Source: an uncultured delta proteobacterium (GTDB taxonomy: Bacteria > Desulfobacterota > Binatia > UBA9968). From it: a stretch of DNA of 64,000 nt. The DNA lies in assembly GCA_963847445.1 (NCBI GenBank), contig CAWJZV010000024.1, forward strand, positions 128,001 through 192,000. Reading direction: 5' to 3'. The notes under the pieces are model-generated. The model was not told where the DNA came from and ran no database searches. It saw only the letters and a program-made list of their open reading frames with translations. The translations under genes and the position numbers were made by a program. Positions 12,365 to 24,074 of the stretch are shown in pieces (positions within the stretch are counted from its first letter, which is position 1; every line of letters begins with the position of its first letter).

Positions 12365-13540
12365 TTATTCGGTCACTCCGTCATTGCCCGGTACCGGCCT
12401 CTTCTTGCGCATTCCACCTTCGATCATCTTGTACTCGAACAGCCGGCAGTCCAGCGCGCCATTAAATAGCGGCGTGCGTTTGGAAGTGGCGAGCCGGATG
12501 AGCTTGGGCAGCCGCATGTCGGCGCTGAGAAAGTAAGCGCGCCAGCCGGTGAACTGTTTTTTCAAGACATCGCCCAGCTTGGGGTAGAGTTCCGCTAGCG
12601 CTTGCTGCTCGCCGAGGCGCACGCCATAAGGCGGGTTGCTGACGATGATCCCTGCTTTGGCCGGCGCGGTGATTTCCAGAACACTAGCCCGCTTCAAACT
12701 GACGACCTGCCCCAGACCGGCACCCGCCAGATTCGCCTGCGCCGCTTGCAGTACCGTGCCGTCGAGATCGCTGCCATAGATCGGCAGCGCCACGCGTGCC
12801 TTGCGCCGCGCCGTGCGCCGCTGGATCAGCTCGCGCCAAGCCGTCAAGTTGAAGTTCAGAAATTTTTCAAAGGCGAATCGGCGTCCCAATCCCGGCGCGA
12901 TATCGAGCGCCATGCACGCCGCTTCGACAAGAATCGTCCCGCTGCCGCACATCGGATCGAGCAAGGGGATGCCCGGAGTCCATCCGGCGAGGCGGAGAAT
13001 TCCCGCGGCGAGGTTTTCTCTCAACGGCGCTTCGCCGGTGGCGATGCGCTGCCCGCGCTTGAACAATGGCTCACCCGAGGTGTCGAGATAAAGTGTAAAC
13101 TCGCGATCGGTTAAATGACCTTGGATCGGAATATCCGGATCGCGCGTGTCGACACTCGGCCGCTGCTGCGAAACCTGGCGGATTTTGTCGCACACCGCGT
13201 CTTTGATCTTGAGCGTGACGAAGTTGAGGCTTGTGAGCGGGCTCTTGGTCGCCGAGACATCGACGCGAATGGTCCGCGTAGCATCGAACCAGTCGGTCCA
13301 CGGCACTGCGTAAGCGATGCGATAAATATCGTTTTCACTGCGATAACCCGCTGTCGCGACTTGCCAGAGCACGCGGCTAGCGATGCGGCTTTCGAGATTG
13401 ACCCGGTAGCAAACCATGAGATCGCCGCCGAACTGCACGCCGCCGCCGACGGCGTGAACTTTATCTGCGCCGAGTTGGCGCAATTCGTCGACCAGGATCA
13501 TCTCCAGGCCGCGCGGACAGGTGGCGAAAAACTATTCCAT
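12365..13540 (-). CDS. THUMP-domain RNA methyltransferase (RlmL-like); in-frame TAG at codon 3
   Basis: ME*FFATCPRGLE N-terminus; LYLDTSGEPLFKRG, APLRENLAA, DPMCGSGT, NPPYG. Confidence 0.88.
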
Positions 13541-13570
13541 TGATAATCACAAACAAGCATCTGCCACAAT

Positions 13571-13602
13571 AAAAAAGGGCAACCGAGACGGTTGCCCTTT
13601 TT
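13571..13602. terminator. Rho-independent terminator (bidirectional form) after RNA-binding protein gene
   Basis: AAAAAAGGGCAACC-gagac-GGTTGCCCTTTTT. Confidence 0.88.
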
Positions 13603-13625
13603 GCAGTTATTTTACTTGCGAAACT

Positions 13626-13985
13626 CTACCAGCGATTACCCCGGCCACCGCCGTCGCCGCCACGGCCGCCGCGGCCACCACCGCCACCGCCACGATTACC
13701 GCCACCGCCACCGCCACCGCCAAAGCCTTCACGCTTGGCCATCGGCTTGGCTTCATTGACAGTCAAGGTGCGGCCATCGAGCTGGGTGCCATTCAGGCTT
13801 TCGATCGCCTTCTGTGCTTCGGCCCCCGAGCTCATCTCGACAAAGCCGAAACCGCGCGATTGACCGGTGAATTTATCGGAAATCACATTGGCCGAGGTGA
13901 CCTCGCCATGCGCCGAAAAGATTTCTTGCAACCGATCGCCGGTTACTGAATAGGGCAAGCCGCCCACGTACAATTTACTACCCAT
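13626..13985 (-). CDS. RRM-domain RNA-binding protein with Gly/Arg-rich tail
   Basis: RNP2 LYVGGL, RNP1 RGFGFVEM, LTVNEAKP. Confidence 0.95.
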   Translation of the reverse strand: MGSKLYVGGLPYSVTGDRLQEIFSAHGEVTSANVISDKFTGQSRGFGFVEMSSGAEAQKAIESLNGTQLDGRTLTVNEAKPMAKREGFGGGGGGGGNRGGGGGGRGGRGGDGGGRGNRW

Positions 13986-14343
13986 GTTCTCCTCCTATAG
14001 AGAATGTTAATGTCTTTTACCCTGAGAAATGAACTGCTAATGGGGGCCGAACATGGGAGCTCAACTGCGTAGCTCTGGTCGGAAGATCCTTTAGATATTG
14101 TTCGCAAGGACAGACTGACACGGGCCTTCAACCTTTGTTATGTCCTCTACCAGAAGGCCGTTTACTGAAGAAGATGAATAAGAGTACGTCTTATACCGCG
14201 CAATGTCAATGATAATGTCAATACCGTCCACGCGACGACCTTGGCGCCGACTGTTTGAAGCATAATAGGCTTGAAACCGCTGCGCCACTTAAACCATAAT
14301 GCGCCCAATCGGATGGATCACCTGAAGAACTCTAAGGAGTAAG

Positions 14344-15310
14344 ATGAAAAAGCTAAGATTATTTGCGTTGCTGGTGTTTAGCCTTCGCGAGCGCTACGGT
14401 ATCGGCGCAAGATCGCGTGCGCATCGGCGTGCCGCTGTTCCCGACGGTGTCCTATCCGGTGCTCATCGCCCATGAAAAAGGCTTCTTCGAAAAAAATGGT
14501 TTGAAAGCGGAGATTATCCGCATCAACAGCGAACCGACAACCTATCAAGCGTTGATCTCCGGCGATATCGATGCCACCTCCGGCGCGCCGACGGGACTAG
14601 TGCAGTCCAACCTGCAAGGCATACCGGTGACCTCCCTCGGCAGCTGGGACAATCTGGTTTCCTACACGGTCATGACCAAAGATAAGATCGACGACCTGTC
14701 GCAGTTGCGCGGCAAGAAAGTCGGCATCAACCGGCTCGGCGGCAAGTCGTCGTTGGTCTTGCGCGTCATGCTCGAAGACGCCGGCCTCAATACATCGAAA
14801 GACGTTACGCTCCTGCAACTGGGCGGCTCCCAGGAACGCTTGGCGGCGCTCGTGCGCGGCGGCATCGACGCGGCGCCGGTGGACTTCGCCTTCGAACCGA
14901 AGATGAAACAGATGGGCTTTCACCTGGTGCCGAGCAAGAAGACCGCCTTCATGAACGGCCCGATCACGGTCACCGTGGCGAACTTGAAGGCCAACCGCGG
15001 CAAATGGCTGCGCTTCGTCAAAGCCAACATGGAAGCGACTTATTATATGACGGTGAATAAGTCCGGCGCGATGGATGTTCTGAAAAAAATCATTCAGACC
15101 GACGAACGTGAAACTCTCGAGCACGCCTACGAGCAGATGCGCGCCCGCGCCACCGTCGATCTGGTCGCACCCGACGCCGCCATCGAAAACCTGGTGAAGA
15201 TGATGACCTACGTCGACAAACGCGCCGCCGGCATCGACCGCAGCAAGCTCACCGACTACTCCATCGTCCGCGAACTGATCCAGAGCAACACCGTCCCGGT
15301 GAAAAGATAA
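14344..15310 (+). CDS. ABC substrate-binding protein, NMT1/SsuA type (frameshift in signal peptide)
   Basis: AAGGAG RBS and ATG 14344; EKGFFEKNGL, LRGKKVGI, RLAALVRGGIDAA. Confidence 0.85.
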
Positions 15311-15384
15311 GCCGGAATGGAGTATTGGAGAGATGGAGTAATGGGTTTCCGGATCCAACACTCCAGTCACTCCAACACTCCGGC
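15311..15384. repeat. Inverted repeat built of TGGAGTA/CACTCCA-type units
   Basis: GCCGGAATGGAGTATTGGAGAGATGGAGTAATGG...CCAACACTCCAGTCACTCCAACACTCCGGC. Confidence 0.8.
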
Positions 15385-15440
15385 GGCTCATAGCAGAAGC
15401 CAAACTGTCGCAAATCGGATTACCAAGGATAATTATTTCC

Positions 15441-16922
15441 ATGAACGACATTTCCTTCGTCGACACTACCCTGCGCGACGGCCAACAAAGCCTGTGGGCT
15501 TTGGGCATGAAGACCGACGCCATGCTCGGTGCCGCCGAGCAGATGGACCAGGCCGGCTTCGAGTCCTTGGAGTTCTTCAGCTCCAACATGATCAAAAAAT
15601 ACGTGCGCGAGCACAAAGAGAATCCCTGGGACTGGATTCGCCAGGGCACGAAAAAGTTTCGCCGCACCAAGCTGCGGCTGCACGGCGGCATCCACGGCTC
15701 GGGCGCGTTCGAAAAACTCCCCAGCGCGATCATGAAGCTGCTGGTGGAGCGAATCGTATCCTACGGCATTACGCTGACGCGCACGTCGACTTGCTGGAAC
15801 GATTTCCGCGGCTTCAAAGAAGAACTACACGAGCTGCGCCAGTTGGGCATGGAGACCATCGTCAACTTGATCTACTCGGTATCGCCGCGCCACACCGACG
15901 AGTACTACGCGCAGAAGGCCAAAGAAGCCGGCGAGATCCGTCCCTATCGCGTTTGCTTCAAAGATGTCGGCGGCCTGCTAACGCCCGAGCGCGCGCGCAC
16001 GTTGATACCGCTGATCATGAAGAATGCCGGCGAAACCCCGGTGGAATTTCACGCCCACTGCAATAACGGCTTGGCGCCGCTCTGTTACCTCGAAGCGGCC
16101 AAGCTCGGCATCAAGACCATCCACACTTCGATTCCGCCGCTGGCCAACGGCTCGTCACAGCCGTCGATCTTCAACATGGCGAAGAATCTGCGCGCCTTGG
16201 GTTTTGCGCCGCAGATCAATGAAGAACCGTTGAAGCCGGTGACCGAGCATTTCACCGCCATCGCCGAGCGCGACGGTCTCGCCATCGGCCAACCCCTGGC
16301 CTACGATCACTCGCAATACCTCCATCAAGTGCCCGGCGGTATGATTTCCAACCTGCGCCACCAACTGCGCCTGGTCGGCATGGAAGACAAGCTGCCGGCA
16401 ACTTTGGCAGAGGCGGCGCGCGTGCGCGCTGAGTTTGGCTTTCCGATCATGGTCACGCCGCTGTCGCAATTCGTCGGCACCCAGGCGGCGATCAACGTCA
16501 TCGTCGGCGAGCGCTACAAGGAAGTCACCGATCAAGTGATCCAATACGCCCTCGGCGTCTGGGGCGCCGAAGCCACTGAGATCATGGATCCCAACGTGAA
16601 AGATCGCATACTGAATCGCGGCCGTGCCAAGGAATGGACCGCCTGGGAACCGCCGCAACCTTCGCTCAAAGAAATCCGCAACAAATTCGGCGGCCCGTCG
16701 CTCTCCGATGAAGAACTCTTACTACGCGTCTACGCCGGCGCCGACAATGTCAACGCACTCATGACCGCCGGCGCGCCGAGGCCGAAACTCGACGGCAAAC
16801 AGCCGCTCATGCAACTGATCGAAGAACTGACCAAGAAAAAAGACAGCAGCCACATCCACATCCGTCGCGACGGCGTCTCGCTGACTTTGGGAAAGTCGCC
16901 CAAGACCGATGCCTCGGCGTAA
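15441..16922 (+). CDS. Pyruvate/oxaloacetate carboxyltransferase (PycB/OadA-like, no biotinyl domain)
   Basis: DTTLRDGQQSL, FKDVGGLLTP, HAHCN, HQVPGGMISNL, IMVTPLSQFVG. Confidence 0.88.
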   Translation: MNDISFVDTTLRDGQQSLWALGMKTDAMLGAAEQMDQAGFESLEFFSSNMIKKYVREHKENPWDWIRQGTKKFRRTKLRLHGGIHGSGAFEKLPSAIMKLLVERIVSYGITLTRTSTCWNDFRGFKEELHELRQLGMETIVNLIYSVSPRHTDEYYAQKAKEAGEIRPYRVCFKDVGGLLTPERARTLIPLIMKNAGETPVEFHAHCNNGLAPLCYLEAAKLGIKTIHTSIPPLANGSSQPSIFNMAKNLRALGFAPQINEEPLKPVTEHFTAIAERDGLAIGQPLAYDHSQYLHQVPGGMISNLRHQLRLVGMEDKLPATLAEAARVRAEFGFPIMVTPLSQFVGTQAAINVIVGERYKEVTDQVIQYALGVWGAEATEIMDPNVKDRILNRGRAKEWTAWEPPQPSLKEIRNKFGGPSLSDEELLLRVYAGADNVNALMTAGAPRPKLDGKQPLMQLIEELTKKKDSSHIHIRRDGVSLTLGKSPKTDASA

Positions 16923-16938
16923 AATACCGCGGACGATC

Positions 16939-17262
16939 TTCACCACGAAGAGCCCAGCGCGGCGCAGCCGCAACCGAATTTCGGAATATCTCGCGCAAAG
17001 CACGCAAAGGAAGAACGTTGTCATTTCGAACGGAGAGAGAAATCCGTCTTAGATCATTCGTATTCGCTCGGGATGCAGGCCTCTGGCCTGTCACTTCGCG
17101 ACCTTGGCGACCTTGGCGCGAGGAATATCCGAATCCGAGGCGTCTCGACTCCCGGACAATTTGCGCAAGCCGCGCAAATTATCACGGATAGTAGTACGAA
17201 GGAAACGAAGCTTTCTGAAAATTTTTCTCGTACTTCGTGCTCTTCGCGTCCTTCGTGGTGAA
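16939..17262 (+). mobile_element. Nested non-autonomous intergenic element, copy 1
   Basis: Outer TTCACCACGAAG...CTTCGTGGTGAA; inner CGCGGC-GCCGCAACCGAA ... TATCACGGATAGTAG; homologous to 34193-34488, 37309-37462, 40774-41065. Confidence 0.7.
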
Positions 17263-17288
17263 AAATCTTAAGCACCTATGGAGCTACC

Positions 17289-18729
17289 ATGAACTACACC
17301 GGCCTGCGCGACTGGCTCGCCAAAGTCGACGGCTTCGGCGAACTAACGACGCTCGAAAACATCGACTGGAATCTAGAGATGGGCGCCATCGTCGATGTGC
17401 TCTACCGCGAGCATCCGCCCTATGCGCCGGCGCTGATCTTCGACAATATCAGAGATCATCAGCCCGGTTATCGCACGCTGTTCGGCCACTTCGCTTCGCC
17501 GAAGCGCATCGCGCTGACCCTCGGCGTCACAGAGGAATTCGACCATGTGCTGGAATTCACCCGCATGTATCATGAGCGCATGAAGCAGACCGCGCCGCTG
17601 CGCATGGAGGAAGTGAAAACCGGCCCGGTTCATGAAAACGTCCAAGAAGGCAACGACGTCGACCTGTCGATTTTCCCGTCGCCGCTGATGCATGAAAAAG
17701 ACGGCGGCCGCTACATCGGCACCGGCCATCTGGTGATCACCAAAGATCCCGATTCGGATTGGATCAACGTCGGCACCTACCGGATCATGTCGCAGGATAA
17801 CAACTACTTTGAGCATCTACATCGGTCCGGGAAAGCACGCCTTCATCCACAAACAGAAATATTTCGAGAAGAACCAAGCGATGCCGGTGAACGTCGTTCT
17901 CGGCAGCGATCCCCTCGACTGGTTCGCCGCGGCCTGTCCGGTGCCCGCGGGCGTCAGCGAGTTCGACTACGCCGGCGGTTTGCGCGGCGCGCCGACCAAA
18001 GTGATTCGCAGCGACATCACCGGCCTGCCCTATCCCGCCGATGCGGAAATTGTTTTAGAAGGCGAAATCCGCCCAGGCGAATTTAAAGACGAAGGCCCCT
18101 TCGGCGAGTGGCCCGGCTACTACGCCAGCCCGCGCAGCCCCGAGCCGTTCATTCGTGTCAAACGCGTCTTGTATCGAAATAATCCGATCATCTCCTGCGC
18201 CAACCCGGCGCGCCCGCCGCACACCCTCACGCTCCTGCGCGCGATCACCCGCTCGGCCCATGTCTGGGAAGAAATGGAAAAAGCCGGCATCCCCGATGTC
18301 AAAGGCGTCTGGTCCCACGAGCCCGGCCCGCGCCAGTTCACCGTCGTCGCCATCAAGCAGCGTTATCCCGGCCATGTGAAGCAAGCCGGCATGATCGCGT
18401 CGCAATGCTTCTCCGGCGGTTATCAAAATCGCTTCACCATCGTCGTTGACGACGACATCGACCCGACACGAATCGACGACGTCGTCTGGGCGCTCTCGAC
18501 CCGCTGCGATCCGGCGGACGATATCGACATCCAGCGGCGCAGCTGGTCCAGCGCCCTCGACCCGATGATCCATCCCGATTCGAAAGTATTTCTCAATTCC
18601 CGCGCCGTCATCGACGCCTGCCGCCCCTATGAATGGATGAATAAATTCCCCGAAGTCGCCGAAACGAGTCCGGAGCTTCGTAAACAAGTGTTGGCAAAAC
18701 TAGGGCGTAGCTTTTTCGGCTTGCGTTGA
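17289..18729 (+). CDS. UbiD-family (de)carboxylase (frameshift near 17805)
   Basis: DGGRYIGTG, NVGTYR, AEIVLEG, EGPFGEWPGYY, VVDDDIDP, WALSTRCDP across two frames. Confidence 0.9.
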
Positions 18730-18741
18730 TACTTAGTGGTC

Positions 18742-18855
18742 GTTCAAAACGTTCAAGCCGTTCAACCGCGCCCTTCGATTCCCTCAGAGCCGTGGGCTCG
18801 CGAGCGGGGTGATCAATACGTTTTGACCGACTTGAACATTTTGAACGATTTGAAC
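18742..18855. repeat. Inverted repeat of 9-bp-periodic GTTCAA/TTGAAC units
   Basis: GTTCAAAACGTTCAAGCCGTTCAA ... TTGAACATTTTGAACGATTTGAAC; related half-arms near 20702, 28579 and 50559. Confidence 0.75.
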
Positions 18856-18874
18856 AAATTCAGTGGAGCGAACT

Positions 18875-19399
18875 ATGTCCATCTACCAACTCGGCGACGA
18901 CAGACCGATTATTCCCGCTTCAGCCTATGTCGCCCCTGAAGCCACGCTCATCGGCAAAGTCATCCTGGGAGAGAACGCCAGCGTCTGGCCCGGCGTCGTC
19001 ATGCGCGGCGACAACGATTCGATTACGATCGGCAATGGCAGCAACGTCCAAGACAACGCCGTGCTGCACGCTGATCCTGGATTTCCACTCTTGGTCGGCG
19101 AGAACGTCACCATTGGCCACCAGGCCGCGCTGCACGGCTGCACCATCGGCGACGGCTCGCTCGTCGGCATTCAAGCCGTGGTTATGAACGGCGCCGTCAT
19201 CGGCAAAGACTGCCTGGTCGGCGCCGGCGCTTTAGTGCTGGAAGGAAAGAGCTACGGCGAGCGCAAACTCATCCTCGGCTCCCCCGCCAAAGTCATCCGC
19301 GAACTCACCGATGAAGATATCGAAAAAATGCACCGCGCCGCGCCGGGCTATGTGCAGCGGCAGGAAATGTACAAGTTGAAGTTAAAGAGAATCGGCTGA
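18875..19399 (+). CDS. Gamma carbonic anhydrase family protein
   Basis: RGDND, SNVQDNAVLH, TIGHQAALHGCTIG hexapeptide repeats. Confidence 0.93.
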   Translation: MSIYQLGDDRPIIPASAYVAPEATLIGKVILGENASVWPGVVMRGDNDSITIGNGSNVQDNAVLHADPGFPLLVGENVTIGHQAALHGCTIGDGSLVGIQAVVMNGAVIGKDCLVGAGALVLEGKSYGERKLILGSPAKVIRELTDEDIEKMHRAAPGYVQRQEMYKLKLKRIG

Positions 19400-19484
19400 T
19401 CCAGAATCAACAAAGTACGGCAACCAATCGTCAGCTCGAAACCGAGCGGCGCTGAAAGTTGACTGGAAGTCGACTACTATTTCC

Positions 19485-19567
19485 GTCATTCCGGCGTGAC
19501 AACGGGAATCCAGGTTTATGTCCGGCGCAATAAAGCCATGATGGATGCCGGTTGTCACCGGCATGAC
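19485..19567. repeat. Inverted REP pair (GTCATTCC..ATCCA family)
   Basis: GTCATTCCGGCG..GGGAATCCAG ... TGGATGCCGG..CCGGCATGAC between convergent genes. Confidence 0.75.
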
Positions 19568-19633
19568 GAACTCGAGCGTCACCTTCATCTATCGGCCTGC
19601 CTGTCAACCCAGGCGTGACCTTAACACACACCG

Positions 19634-20641
19634 TCACTTCAAAAATATCTTGCCGAACTCCCGCTTCTTCTCCTCGAACGCTTTCGCCTCCAGCACTTCC
19701 ATCTGCACATATTGAATCTTGTCGGCGCCGGGGAGCGGCGGGTAGATGCCTTTGCGGTTGGGGAATTCGCCGGCCTGGGCGAGGACCTTCATGTTGTCGT
19801 CGTCGAGGTAGTAGTCGATGAACGCTTTGCCGGCGCTCGGGCGCGGCGCTTTGTTGCTGAGCACGGCGTAGTGGGCGTCGCCGAGCATTTTATCGAGACG
19901 CACGTAGTCTAGCGGCGCACCGCCCTTGGCCGCGGTGTAGGCGTATTTGATGAAAGTCAGGGCGATGGGAAACTCGCCGTTGGCCATGCGCTCGGCCGCC
20001 GGCAGCATCGACTCGACCAAGGTCGGCTTCGTCGCCGCCAGATCGCGGATGAATTTGTCGGCGCGTTCCTTTGGCATGATCTTGTGTAAGCTCGACAACC
20101 ATTGAATCGTCGTGACGTGCAATGTTGGATCGGCCATCACCAGCATGCCTTTGTATTTCGCACTCACCAGATCGTCGAGCGACCTGGGCGCGTCCTCGGC
20201 TTTGATCGAGCCCTTGTGATAGACCACGCCGACGATGCCGTAGCGGCTCACCGGGCCGAGCCGCGGATCGATCTGCTCCTTGGGATATTTTTTCGCCGTC
20301 GGCGAGTCGTACTTGGCGATCATCCCTTCGTTGGCCATGATCACCAGCGGATCCGAGTTGTTCATGACGATGTCGTAAAGCGGCGCGCCGGCGCGGTACT
20401 CGCTCATCGACCGGTTCATCACGCTCATCGCCGAAGCGCGCCAGTACTCGGCGTTGAGCCCGGTCTTCTTGCGAAAGCCAGCCAACACTTCATCCACCAC
20501 CTGGCTCTCCAAGCGAGCCGTAAATCACCACCTTGCCGCCTTCTTTCTTGGCCGCTTCGATGGTTTTCGCATCCTGGGCAAAAGCTGGTGTACTCGCAGA
20601 CCAATGTCGCGAGTGTTAAAATCAGCAATGACGAATTTCAT
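19634..20641 (-). CDS. Extracellular solute-binding protein (AfuA/Fe3+-type fold); frameshifts in 5' part
   Basis: EAAKKEGGKVVIYGSL in an upstream frame; APRSLDDLVSAKYKG, APRPSAGKAFIDY. Confidence 0.82.
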
Positions 20642-20817
20642 CTGTCCCTCCATTGAATTACTGCGACTCCAACTATCACGGCAGCAATTCTCCGGTCAAC
20701 ATTGAACCTTGAACCTTTGAACTGTTGAACCCTGCCACAATTGAACCCTGCCGCGTTGACATGAGCGAAGTCAACTTGTTATAGCCGATTGAAGTTCCAA
20801 CGAAAGGTGCTCAAACA

Positions 20818-21886
20818 ATGCAAATCATCGACGCCGACGGCCATGTCAACGACCGCCCCTGTATGGACGAAATATCGAAGTTCATGCCGGCGGGCAATCG
20901 CACGCAGGTATTTCCCGCTTTCGATCACATTCACTTTCATTACTTGGAAGGCGGCGAAAAGCGTTCGCGCACCGGCGATGTCGGCCCCAAAGAATGGCTC
21001 GACTTCCTGGACGAAACTGAGATCGATTGGACCGTCGTCTATCCCACGGCAGGATTAGCCGTCGGCCGGATCATCGCCGAGGACTGGGCTATCGCCGCTT
21101 GCCGCGCTTACAACAATTGGCTTTATGAAAAATTCACCAAGGTTACGCCGCGCATCAAAGGCATGGCGCTAATCCCGATCCAAGATACTCAAGCCGCCTG
21201 TGAAGAATTGCACCGCGCGGTAAAAGAACTCGGCATGGCCGGCGCCATGCTGCCATCCAACGGCGAAGGCATCAAAGGCCACTTCGGCTCAAAGATCTAT
21301 TGGCCGATCTACGAGGAAGCCGAGAAACTTAACGCGCCGTTGGCGGTTCACGTCGGCGCGCTGCACCATTTAGGCATGGACAGCATCGGCGTTTACTATC
21401 CGGTGCATGCCCTCGGCCATCCGTTCGGGATCATGGCGCAAGCAGCGGCGATGCTCTCCTACGGCGTGTTCGATCGCTTCCCCAAACTGCGCGTCGGTTT
21501 CCTCGAAGGCGGCGCGACCTGGGTGCCGTTCTTCATGGACCGTCTCGACCGCTCCTACCCGCATCATCTGCAGGTCGACATTCATGGCGAATTCCTGCCG
21601 AGCTCGCACCCTGATGTGATGGCCAGCGAATATTTCCGCCGGCAAATCAAAGCCGGCAAAATTTTTGTCGGCTTCGACGGTGACGATCATGGCCTCGGCT
21701 ACGCGGTCAAAGAAGCGGGCAACGAGTCGTTCGTCTTCGCCACCGACTTTCCGCACGAGAGCTTCGATGCCAAATCCTGCCGCATCGAGCTCCAGCATAT
21801 TCTCAGCCGCGAAGATCTCAGTCAGGCCGATAAAGAAGCGATTCTGGCGAAAAAATGCCATAACATTTTACGGCGTCGAGCGCTGA
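20818..21886 (+). CDS. Amidohydrolase_2 family protein (frameshift in A-run near 21850)
   Basis: IIDADGH, ACRAYNNWL, FDRFPKLRVGFLEGG, FATDFPH; true end ..KNAITFYGVER*. Confidence 0.9.
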
Positions 21887-21901
21887 AGCGGAGAATCACC
21901 A

Positions 21902-22301
21902 GTGCCGCGAATATTATCCGCCTACGAGCCCCAAGCCTACGCAATCATGCGCATTATCGTCGGCGCTACTATTTGTCTGCCACGGTTTACAGAAAGCTGC
22001 CGGCGCCTTTGGCGGCGTCAACGGCGAGCCGGCGCCATTGTTTAGCTTACTCAGTATCGCCGGCTACCTCGAACTCGCACTGGGTTTGATGATTGCCATG
22101 GGCATATTTACCGTTGCCGCCGCGTTTCTCGCCAGCGGCCAAATGGCCGCGGCCTACTTCATCGGCCATTTTCCAATGGGCTATTGGCCAATCATGAATC
22201 AAGGTGAAGTAGCGGTCTTATACTGTTTCGTGTTTCTCTATATCGCCGCGCGCGGTCCGGGCATCTGGAGCGTCGATATGTTCGGCAGCGCGACGCGGTG
22301 A
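21902..22301 (+). CDS. DoxX family membrane protein (frameshifted)
   Basis: YAIMRIIVG/LLFVCHGLQK; AAFLASGQMAAAYF, NQGEVAVLYCFVFLYIAARGPGIWSVD. Confidence 0.85.
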
Positions 22302-22415
22302 TTGTCAATCGAGATACATAACTCACAGGGTCTTTGATCTTAACCTTTGTACTGGACGGAGGCTTTGTGATTAAATCGCACCGTTAACGATTCTGGGAAA
22401 ACTTCAGGAGTATTC

Positions 22416-23329
22416 ATGGCAGAAAGTTCTTCACCCGTAACGACACCGCGCGTCAAAGGCCCGCTCGTCTGGCTCGGCATGGATCAGCAAGAGCTCGATG
22501 ACGCCTACGACCAGACGGTTTACGCGCCCAATCAACCTTTGCTCGCCAAGCGCCGCGCCGCCGCCAGCGAGTCGGTGTTGAAACGATTTCCGCCGGAGCG
22601 CGTCGCCTACGGCCCCAGCGAGCATGAAAAGCTCGATATCTACAAAACTCATAAGCCCAACGCGCCGGTGAATGTCTACGTCCACGGCGGCGCCTGGCGC
22701 CACGGCCAAGCCAAAGACTGCGCCGCTCCCGCCGAGATGTTTATCAACGCCGGCGCCAATTTCGTCGTCCTCGACTTCGTGCAAATTCAAGACACCGGCG
22801 GCAACCTGCTGCCGATGGCGCAGCAAGTCCGCAACGGCGTCGCCTGGGTCTATAAAAACGCCGCGCAGCTTCGGCGCCGATGCCCAATCGCGTCTACATC
22901 ACCGGCCATTCCTCCGGCGCGCACTTGAGCGGCTGCGCGTTGGTCACCGACTGGCAGAAAGATTTTGGCCTGCCGCCGGACATCATCAAAGGTGGATTGT
23001 TGATCAGCGGCATGTACGATTTGCAGCCGGTGCGGCTATCGAAGCGCAGCGAGTATGTGAAATTCACCGACGAGGTCGAGCAAGCGCTCAGCTCGCAACG
23101 CCATCTCGACAAGCTGCATGCGCCCATCACCGTCTGCTATGGCACCCAAGAAACGCCAGAGTTTCAGCGCCAAAGCCGCGACTTCGCCGCCGCGGTGAAA
23201 GCTGCCGGTAAGCCGGTAGAACTCCTGGTCGGCGAAAGCTTGAATCACTTCGAGATGCAGGAAACCCTGGGCAATCCCTACGCCATCGGCGGCCGGGCGG
23301 CGTTAAAAATGATCAACTTGTCCACTTAA
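22416..23329 (+). CDS. Alpha/beta hydrolase, arylformamidase-like (frameshift near 22870)
   Basis: VHGGAW oxyanion motif, GHSSG nucleophile, SGMYDL, NHF. Confidence 0.88.
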
Positions 23330-23499
23330 GAATCTCTTTCAGATTTATGATGAGCAAGCCTCAACACGAAGATCATGAAAGCTACGAGGTGTTCGGATAA
23401 TTGAAATTCCGGCCTTCGTGTCTTTCGTGGTGTAATAGTCTTATTGACCGTGGCACTTGCGCCACACAAAGGCCGCAGAACGTTTGACTAGGAGGAACC

Positions 23500-24039
23500 A
23501 TGAGCCGCATCCCCCACGCTAAGCGCGATGAATTGTCGCCCGAACAGCAAAAGATTTGGGATCACATCCACGCCGTCCGCACTGGCGGCGGCGGGCCTTA
23601 TTCGATGTTGCTCCATGTGCCGGCGCTCGCCGCCAACGTCGCCGCCACCGAAGATTATTTTCGCTTGGATTCGGCGCTCAGCGATGCCGACCGCGAGATC
23701 GTCATCCTCGCCGCGGCGCGCGAGCTCGGCGCGCACTATCCCTGGGTGCGCCACGAAGCGCGCGCCCGGCAAGTCGGCGTGCGCACGGAAGTGATCGAGA
23801 CCTTGCGCGCCCAAGGCTCTCGCGCCGGCTTCACGCCGCGCGAGCAACTTCTGACCGACATCCCGCTGAGCCTGGTGCGCGAGCACGGCTTGTCCGATGA
23901 ACTCTTCGCCCGCGCCGAACGGGAGTTGACTCGCCGACAACTCGTCGAAGTCATCGGTCTGGTCGGCCACTACAGCACCATCAGCTTCGTCGCCAACACC
24001 TTCCAAATACCCAAGCCCGAAGGCAGCCAGACGTTTTAG
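23500..24039 (+). CDS. Carboxymuconolactone decarboxylase-like protein
   Basis: GPYSMLLH, REIVILAAARE, YPWVRH, LVGHY; GGAGG RBS. Confidence 0.82.
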   Translation: MSRIPHAKRDELSPEQQKIWDHIHAVRTGGGGPYSMLLHVPALAANVAATEDYFRLDSALSDADREIVILAAARELGAHYPWVRHEARARQVGVRTEVIETLRAQGSRAGFTPREQLLTDIPLSLVREHGLSDELFARAERELTRRQLVEVIGLVGHYSTISFVANTFQIPKPEGSQTF

Positions 24040-24074
24040 AGTAGATCTTCATCTGAGATTGGTGCGAAAGAGAA

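Noticed and set aside
13640-13722. (CCG/CCA)n-type low-complexity repeat
   Set aside because: It simply encodes the Gly-rich tail of the RRM protein.
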